From assembly GCA_002633005.1 (NCBI GenBank), contig NMRA01000061.1:110568-174567 (forward strand): a DNA stretch of 64,000 bases, written 5' to 3'. The notes under the pieces were generated by a model that was not told the DNA's origin, did not search any database, and saw only the letters and a program-made list of their open reading frames with translations. The translations under genes and the position numbers were made by a program. Positions 1 through 9,800 of this stretch are shown piece by piece (position 1 is the first letter of the stretch; the number at the start of each line of letters is the position of its first letter). The DNA comes from Phoronis australis (lineage: Eukaryota > Animalia > Phoronida).

Positions 1-802
1 TTTATGATATGTTAGTTTTACATGGAAGCAGCTGGTCTTCTAATGAATTCCAGGTGTTTGTTACTACCTATTTCAATTCTCGCGTTCTGCATTGATTGCT
101 CTCCCATGCCGTGAGGTACGAAATAGAGGCACACCTCCAGATATGGCAGGCAGGTCAGCAACCTCACTTTTGCTCCTGTGGAGATTCACATGTTAGCATC
201 TGTCGTCTGGATACTTTATATTTTATGTCTTATCTAAGTCATGCCTTGAAAGTATTACGGTTGATTCAAGTATGTGGGATAAGGTGGATAAATATCTGTG
301 GATGTGGGATGTCACATTTCACTCCTTCCCGACTGTTGTGAGGGACAAAAGATGGCGAAGCCCGTTGTGCACAGATGGCTACCGTTGCACAATCAATGTA
401 ATCTTACCTCCTGGTCAAGAAGAGCGGGAGTGTGGAATATGGGAAATCCAGCTAAGAATTATGAAAACAATGATATTGTAACAGTTATGGAAGAATACGA
501 TTATCATAATTCTTCACCCATATAGCACACTTTATGGTGGACAAGGAAATTTTGTTTTGTAAATTTTTTCTACGTAAGCACAAATTAAGAAAATTTTAGT
601 GCATTATTGGCTTGGTTTGTACTGTGTTGGTGTCATAAAACAGTGTGTGGTAAAGCTCCCATTATTTGTGCAGCAAGGTAACGAGGCTTTAAAAATGTAA
701 AAATAACAAATTTTCATAAATATTTTTGTGTGAAATAAGTGGAACATTGTCGTTTGTAGTTCTTGACACGGAAACATATATAAGAGCTTTAATTCTTTTC
801 AG

Positions 803-891
803 ATTGACGAGCTTGTCGGAGTGAGTGACAAGCCAATTAAGGACCTGAACTTTCCTAACCGGTCTGTTAAGTTGAAAGAACTGAGTAAGAA
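803..891 (+). CDS. NPHP1: NPHP1 exon (IDELVGVSDK...KLKELSK), coiled-coil region
   Basis: ttttcag acceptor, gtaagt donor, phase 0-2, joins the next exon in frame. Confidence 0.8.
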
Positions 892-3800
892 GTAAGTGTG
901 ACCAGGGCCCGGTCTCCAATCTTTTTACTTGAAATGGAACTCGAAATTAGGTTTGGCATTTTCTACTCTACTTTTGTGCGAACTCAAGATAAGTGTCTAT
1001 TATTCTATGCTCGAGTACACAATAACTTACTTAGATAATTTATTGCCCTTAGTTCACAGTTTGTAAACCCAATATTAAAGCAATAAGTTCGAGTTTGAAC
1101 TCGAGTTTGTAGCACGAATATCAGGGTCTTCAAGGGCAAACTTGAACTAGAAACTCCTATGCATAAACTATAATGTATTCGAGCACAGTCTGATAACCAA
1201 TTATCTTAAGTTCGCACAAAAGGAGCAGAGAAATTGCCAAAAATAGTTTCGAGTTCGTTTCGAGTACAAAGATTAGAGACTGGGCCATGGTATAGTTCAT
1301 ACAGAGCTCTTGCATTGTATTTAAGTTTTGCATGTTTCAGTGGAAGCGTGACATACAAAATTTCGTGGTATTTGAGAAATGCGGTAGTTTTTGAAATAAA
1401 CTCCAAGACATACTTTGACAGAGCTCTGTCAGACTCTGCAAAATTTGGACGAAGTTATTGCTGATACTCTTCTAAATTGTACTAAAAAAGAAATGATCAA
1501 TTAATGGCAGATTGGTTAAACATCAAAAGCCAAGTTTTACAGGGTTTCTTGAGAAATTGTATTCTTTTATTGAGTTAAAATCTATAGTTTTGTTGTTGCC
1601 AGTATTATGTAGCACTTCAGATGAATCTTTGATGCAGTAAAATTGTTTTTGAAATTTAATCGCAGGTCAATGTGATGTTATTGTACCTAGTCACTAATTG
1701 TTTATTTTTGAATGGTTAGTTGTCGCAATTTCGACGAAGTGCTTTAACCTGTCAGAAATTTTTGCCGAGATTCAGCCGTAATTGAAAGGAGTTCTTGTCA
1801 AGAAGAAATGGATATTTTGGCGCGGATTTTTGTGGCGAAACCTCATCGAACTTTGATATTGTTCAGTATATCTTGAAAACTATTTTACATGCATTTATTT
1901 TGAAAATATAGAGAAACAAATTTCTCTGACATCATTCACAACAGAGTTTACTCTGACTCCTTAAATTTGCTTTTGCTGAACTCTATGGCTCACAACCAGT
2001 TGGGTAAATATGCTTTATATACATTATATTGTCTGTACCTACTGTTGTTCATTATTGATTTAGGTGTGAGAATGTGTCCAGTGGCATCACAAGATTACAC
2101 AAAAAGGTGCAGAAACTCACCAAGGTAAAAACAGAATGGTCAATTTCACTTATTGCCATTTTCGAACTCATATCATTTTCTTTTTATACAAGTTTTGCGT
2201 TTTTTATATGATAAAAGTGCTACTATGTTTTTGGATATCGATTTGTCAGGTGTCGTGTTATGCTCAGATAGTCATTTGCATTAGACTATTTTTGATGGGC
2301 CACGTTTTCATTGGTTTTAATCAACCTAATATGGAACTGGCTCTAATGTTAGTTTTGGGCCAGTATTTGTCAGCTGATGAAAACTTCCTTCTTTCGTTAC
2401 CACAGGTTGATGAGCCTGGAAAAGTGTCCGATTTTGAGGGCAAGAAAGAGGCTGAATTAAAAAGACTCGTTGGACTAAAGGTAATGTTAACGAGGACGTT
2501 CTGGTGGGTGGTAGAGTTCATTAAAAATGAATTGTAGGACAACCAAAACGTCAAGGCATGCCGTATGGTGATGAAATTGTGATCAAGTCAAGGCGTCTCT
2601 TGACGAAACTGTCAACGGAAGGTTTCTGTATAAGGTTTTGGCTATATTACTAGAAATTTATTTGTTTCGTATTGTCTCTATGTTGTCTGAATTTTTTTAA
2701 TCTTATCAAATTTGTAAATTCTTAATGCTTGTTTTACTTCGAAGTAGATATCCTAATTACATTTTATTGCAGGTTCAAACGTTTGTGGCTTATCTGTTGA
2801 TTACAGCTTTCCTGACAATCCACAGCTGAATGCTTAGCCTTCTTTCCAGGAAAGAGTCGACAAGCTCTCCAATCAGTTGGTACCGGATGAGGTGGAGGAG
2901 GACTATTTGAGGAAGATGAAGAAACGCGAAGGTGCCTACGAAAGTGAGTCAGTGATGGACGAAGACGAGGATGAGGAGGATGAAGATGAAGAGGAAGAGG
3001 AAGAAGATAATGATTATGATGATGAAGGTACACCTCTTCCTTAATGCATTTATGATTCATGGTGATGAAGGTGCATCTCTTTTTTGAAGGTATTTATAAT
3101 CCAAGATGATTGTCTAAATGCAGTGCCGGTCTTGGTGTAAAGTAGTGACCAACATAACAACATGCAAACAATTTATGAAACACCTGATGAATGAGCTGCA
3201 TTGTAGGAAATTGTCGTAACAGTGTAAAACTGCACCATTTCATCGCTGTTTTGCGGTCTAAGTTGAATTCTAAACTGAGGTGCTTTGAGGTATAGACCCT
3301 ATTCACGCCGACAGGAGGCGCGTTCCAAAACGAGGCTCGCTACGATAGCTCTGGTCGCTTATCCGCGTAGTTGTACTCCGCGTTACTCGAACAGCTAGAA
3401 AAAATACGGACACTCTGTTTTACAATCCCTAAGGACGTTGGGATTCGGAAGCATTGGGTCCTTGCCATACGCCGCGACGAAGGAAAATATGTCCGTGTAA
3501 AATTGTAAAACTGTTTTCGAATCATAATTTGGCGCATCTCGGACTGAATGCCGCCATAGCAAAGAGGACCGGAGAATCTTCGGCCAGCCAGGCTGTGTTT
3601 TCATGACTATGGGTTGAAGCGCGATACATTTTTCTTTACAAAAAGGACAAGGCCCTCAATCCCTCAATTTTGAGACCAAATATCGGCCCTATTCCCCTCT
3701 CAAAAATATTGAAAAATCACGCGAAATTCCCGGCCACGAGGCCTAAAAATCCCTTTGTGATTGAAAATTTCTCTCCAACGGTTCAAATCACCTGTGATTA

Positions 3801-6800
3801 CAGAGGTGACAATTTGAAAAAGTACAAAATCATAGGCGGATTGTCGCAAGCAAAATAAACTAGCAAAGCGTGAAGAGTTCGAGCTAGAACCGGTAGCGGA
3901 CGAGGGGGAAAACACGTTCCGTTTTAGTTTTTTCTTAGTCCAACGACAGATTTCCTGAGCGGAAGGTATACATCCTGGGCGCCGGCAACTTCCGGGCCGC
4001 CTGCGTGGATGTCGACCCCCCCCCCTCACTAGGCCTATATGGTATCCTAGATCAGCCACTGAAAATGCTACTTGAGACAGAGCTATGAGAGCTTGCAAAA
4101 GGGCGGGGTGCTATTGATGGTGATCGGGAGGTCAGTAGAGTTTTCACTGACCCGTCACTCGGCGAAACGTTCCCCTCTCAGAAGGCCGCACACACATGAG
4201 GCACCTTTCCCCTCGGATATGAACGAGGCCTATGAAGAAACATGATAACTATGCTTGTTCCAGGGGGGATTCAGGACTTTGAGTTTGGGGGGGGGCACGG
4301 CAGAGTATTAGCCAGGATTTGGTCCGTCAGAAATTCGCGCTCCTGAACTGCCAAATGGAATCTGGGAGAATTTTAGGGGGGGCAGGGGTATAGCCCTTTG
4401 GCTCCCTATAAATCTGGCACTGTGTTCTGTCCAGTTAACTGAAATTGAGCTCTAAAACGAGGTTGTGCTTTGGACGAAAGAATTAGGTGTTTTAATTTTA
4501 AAATTCAACTTGGTCGAGATTGATATTTGAAAATATAACACATGAAATAGACGTAATTATTAAAACCAAGAAAGCAGAATTGATGGTCATATAATTTTTA
4601 TTTTCAATTGCGAGCCTAGTTTTTTATCGTAATCAAAATATATATCTAATAACATCAAGTATTATTTCAGATCAATGACAAATCAACTGTTAGTCCCGGT
4701 AGTGCCTACCTCACCAGGACCTAGGCTATGCTTGAAGCTAATAAGCCTACTCTTGATCAACAAATTAAACCAGATGAGACTAATTGCACATGACAGCAAA
4801 ATGCTATGAGCCACCACTGTCGAATATATCTTCAACTCGTCAACGATACCACCAGATGACCTGGTTCGTGTAGAAAGCATTTTTATCAAGAATTTATTAG
4901 AAGAAAAGTAACCCTGCATTCAGCGTGATACCTAATTCGTGACACTACGATCGCCGCAATTTGGTCATGTTTACTTTTCATGTTTCGAACCTAGTTTTCC
5001 GGATAAAAACCTATATCCTTTCGTCAGACATCTCTTTGGTGCATTGACTTGTTCTTTAACTGTATTTTTCTACGTCTCTGTGGTTAATTATTGACACATT
5101 TTTTAAGATTTAATATTCAGGTTGGACTCCAAAGACCGGCCATTTAACTCACGCAATGTAAATTTCCGCTTTGTTTATCGCAGTAAGCCTCGCTTTGGAT
5201 TTTAATGTCCGCCGCGTGAATAGAGTCTATTAAAGCATTACCATGCTCGTCTGACCTCAAATAATGTGCTGAGTAAACGGGCAATGCGTATATGCAGCAA
5301 TTTTCGAATTCGCAGTTTTTGGGTTGGTCAACTCCATTGAACTCTGAAGCATTTTCTTGCGTCGGTGATGATTTGATGCTCTTGCTAGTAATGGAAGCGG
5401 AATTAAATCACGTTATAGAACAAGACCTGTTTGATGGCAATAAAGGGTCTAATTCAATTTTTATGTTTTAGTCAGCTAAACTGAGTGAGATGCAGCCTTA
5501 ACGTGTCTGTGCAGCAATCTGAAGCAATACTTTGTCTCTTGTACTTCTTTGTGTTTGCTTTCACATCCTTCCCATAACTCTTCTCCTCTCCTTTTCTATC
5601 CTTCTGTCAATCCTTTCTGTTCTGCCCTGTCCCAGCTTCTGACAATCCCAATGATCAGGGTCGTTATCTGGGACATCTCTGTACAAACCAGAACAACAGA
5701 AGCTTGACTAAGAAACGTCGTAAAGGTAGGAGACAACAGTGGAAGACCTAGTACTTGTAATTTGCAGGTGCTTTGGTTAAAATACTCTTAATTCCTGCAT
5801 TAGCTTCATTGGTGAAAGACGACACATTAAATAGTTCATATTAAGAAAATGAAATTTAAAGGCGAAATTCAATTTTTGAAGATTACAGTCGAAAATTTGG
5901 TTTCCACCTTTGGCTAATGTAAACGTCGTGTGCTAATGTTGTGAATTCGACACAGTTGCTTGTTGTTGTGTACTAATAATTAACATGCATTATGTTCTGT
6001 TATACTGCCTAATTCCTGTAGTTTTGACTATCATGGGGTACTTCATGTGGAGAAAAATGGTGCTCTCTATGGACTTTCCCAGCCGCAACGAGGCGGACTA
6101 TGATCCCATACCTCGTCGGACAAACCTGCGTGGATTTTCCCGACCTTATCACCCAACCGTATCACGTGACCCGATCGATTCGAAAAAGTCACCATCATCT
6201 GGCAATTCACCATCGCCTGGCAATTCACCAAGTTCTTCTACCTCGAGACGATCACGTGTCTCCTTTTCGTCTGAACCGGTCGGTTTTAAGTACCGTAAGA
6301 CAGCCATGTCAACGGATGGTACTATCGATCCATTTCCTGACCACATCGTTAGACCCTATCCGTCTCAGTACGGCCATACTGGAAGTACGAAAGGTAGCTG
6401 TGTTACAGGCTCTGGTGGAATAACATTGCTGTAGATAATTGATATCATGTGTCATGGTGATTTAATGTATTTAATTGCCATCTACACTATGCACTTGTCT
6501 AATTCTAGGTTATGAAAAACACGACTGTTAAGGAGAATGTTTTCATTTTGTAGAAAATCCTATTTTTGACTTCTATTTCAAAGGTTATTATAGGTTCATG
6601 TTAAACATACAAAATTATACAGTAGAATTTATTAATCGGGCGGAGAAGCAATCTCTTCCCCCATTGATTTTAAAAGTCATAATTGCTTTGGGTTCGAATG
6701 TCCTATGTTGCCTTAGTGAGTTGAATATTCAGTTCTTCTTGAGCTCATAATTCACATATGATCTTGGAAAGGAACAAGCCCTTACAAATTTTGTGATGTG

Positions 6801-9800
6801 GTTTGTCTAAATGTTTCGACTCAAATGTGGGTAGAAATTACTTATATCAGTATTTGTTTTTTATGTCTTTCGACAATCTTCTTTTGTATAGTGATCGCAA
6901 TTTGTAACAATATTATTATTAGTGTAACACTATAAAATCTTTTTCTTCTGTAAGTCAAAGACGATGTGAATCGAATTGGAAAACATACTTGGAGGACATC
7001 TAGTGGCGGTGTCCGACCATATCCTGTGCAGATGGATAGTGTGTCTCCCGAGGCCTATCTACAGTCACTGCCAGATAACCAACCTATGACGTATGAATAC
7101 CAGTCACCAGACCTTCCTGACACCCCGTATCCCATGACATCAACACCTGGTATTTAGTATCATTAAGATAGCAGCTGAGGCTGTGTGTAGTACTGAATTA
7201 CAGGATGGCACAAAACTTGTTTTCAAAATCTAGTGTCCCTGTAAGTGACTAGTGCCAGCTTTGCCATAGTGTTGTATCTTTAATGATAAAAGAAAATAAT
7301 TGCTACTCAGGGCTAAAATGGTGGAATAATGTTGAGAAATATTTCAACGCTGACAGAGCGACCCGCCGTCTTATTTGCTCTGGGCATCCACTAGGTGGCA
7401 TTGTTGTATGGATGAGTTGTGTGTGGAGATTCTAGGGAGTTAGAATCGTCCACCATCTTTGTTTAGGTTAGAATCATTTTAGCTGTGAGTAAAAGTTTTG
7501 CTTTTATTATATAGGAACCGTGGCAGATAAGTTTTTATCAAATATATCTTCATAGTTTTTTGTAAACTTGGTCACAAAAGTTAATACTTTAAACCTAAAA
7601 AATAATTTGTCATGTTTAGCAATGAACCTTTCACTACATGAAAATTGAAACTCGATGACCATTGATCAAATAATGTAGAGGCGCTTAGGGTTATTGAAAC
7701 TACATGGTAGTTGTTTGAAGGCTGTAGAAATAAAAATGAATGAATTGTGAAGAAGAGTGATGAAAAGAGGTTTCCATAGGAAAAGGACATTGGCTGAATT
7801 GTTGTGGACTGTATTCAAACTGATGGATGTGATTTGTTGTGAGTACCCTCGTTACACTTTTCATATGGGAAAATTGAATGTTAGTTGAGCGTTTGTGGTT
7901 ACCAGTAACTGATATCTACCAAACTTGTAGTACCTGGTGATGACGTGCAATTTGACTTCGAGTCACCGGCCGTGAACAAAACGTCACCCAAATCTATTCT
8001 TAAGTACCGTAACTGGGGACAGGATTTGAGAGGTAATACACTGCATTTTTCTCAGCGCTAATCCCTAAAGGAAATGTTTCATCAAGTATATTTATTGTGT
8101 TGTTTTACTATTCAGCGCTACGCAATTAAAGCATTTAGTTTAATTGGCTAGAATTCTCACACTGTGCAATGTAGGTTAATATCCAGTTATCAACCAATAA
8201 TAGTTTCTTGGTTGACGTTAGACACAAGTGTACTATTGAATCCAAAGCCTACTTCAATGCTGGTTAAATCAAAGAATGTGAAATTTTAGTTGACATGTAT
8301 CCTATTCATTGTTTTGCCGCTGCTGTATTTATGTTTACTTGATAAGTATTGTTTTCTTGACAAATATTTTATTTTATATTCACTAAAGAGCAGAAGTATG
8401 GGAAATCAGAAGCTAGCGGCATTAAGTCTGCACCGACCGACTATTTCTCAGATAGGCTCGAGCAGAGGCAAGGGTTTTCGTTTCAGTCCATGCCTGGAAA
8501 CGTACGACCGTTCTACAACCCAAAGGCCTATGAGTGGAGCTCTCGCTCCAGGTCTTCGTCTCCTGACAAAATGTCAGCCAAGGCTGTTGCTGGTATTTAG
8601 TCTACTGCTTGGACATTTCAATCAGACAGTGTTTCTTGTACTGTAGGGTAGGGGTAGGCCAGTGTGGTTATTTAAGTCGTCGATTGTAAAAACGAATTTA
8701 ACCCGTAAGTGGTGTTTGGATGAATGAATTAATTTTAGTGTTTGAAATAATAATTATCCACTCCTTATGTTTTTGCTCATTGGATAATTATATAAAATTT
8801 GTAGGGGATAAAACATCTCAACAGGGATCTAAAACACCTCGACAGAGCACGACGAAGCCTTTAGGTCATACAAGTACCGTGGACAACAATTCCGTAAAAT
8901 CCGTATCAGGAAGAGCATCCCCAGAAAAACCCGACTCAAAACAGGTCCAGCAAACCAAGTCAACCCCAAGGCAACCCAGCGCTATCAGTCCCTCTGGTTC
9001 TACAAAGTTGAAGGATACTATTCCTCAGCAGACCTCCCCCGCTAAGTCTGCCACTCTTAAGAAGAGTCCATCACCTGCTAAAACTGATTCGGCAAGACAA
9101 ATGCAGGGAACCAAGTCTGTAAAAAGAGACTCGAGTCGTTCTACAAGCCCAACAGGTTCTGCGAAGTTGAAGGGTGGAATTCCTCAACAGACATTTTCTG
9201 CCAAGTCTGTAAGCCAAAAGAAGAGTCCAAGCCTGTCGTCAAAGTCCGGGGCTTTCCCAAAACAAACAAATCAGTCCCACCGTGTCAGCGAGAGTGGATT
9301 TGGGTCTTGGCTGACCTGTGACCTTGCTCAAGATTCATCCGAAGGTTATCATAAGACCATTGAGTCGAGGCCTAGCTACGATTCCATAGGAGGAAGAATG
9401 AGTCGGTTAGATTCCTATCAAGCGTGCAGAAAATATCTTAGACCAACAGGTTCTGTCCAATTCCAACGAGATTATGACTTCCATTCTAGGAAGGCCGTTA
9501 ATGAGAGATGTTCTCCGAATTCTGCTCAAGATAAAAGTAAAAGCTCATTCACTTCATTAACACAAAGTAAATCTGTACAAATCAAATCCACACCAAACTG
9601 CCTGACATCAAAGACCAGTTTACAGTCAGCTGAGATGAACCAATCCAATCAGAACAAGTCTCAGTTTTATCCATCAAATCCAAACAAATTTCAGTCTTAT
9701 TCATCCAATCAGAGTGGAGTACAGTTTTACCCGCCCTATGACAGCGAACTACAATCTGTCCTGTCCAATCAAAACATGACAATGCCATCCGCAGAAGAGA

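Noticed and set aside
272-525. Short ORFs as NPHP1 exon 1 or a THAP fragment (DVTFHSFP..RDKRW)
   Set aside because: No similarity to the NPHP1 N-terminus, no suitable donor, and the THAP resemblance is too weak
2764-3060. Minus-strand His/Pro/Ser-rich ORF
   Set aside because: Antisense shadow of the acidic NPHP1 exon
4675-4907. Longer alternative first coding frame with an in-frame TGA (readthrough or selenocysteine idea)
   Set aside because: No SECIS or homology evidence; the ATG 4790 model is simpler
5985-6021. Apparent N-terminal transmembrane/signal segment MHYVLLYCLIPV of ORF 5985-6434
   Set aside because: It coincides with a branch-point/pyrimidine tract and the AG acceptor at 6021, so it is more likely intron; a membrane-anchored start is not excluded but is unsupported
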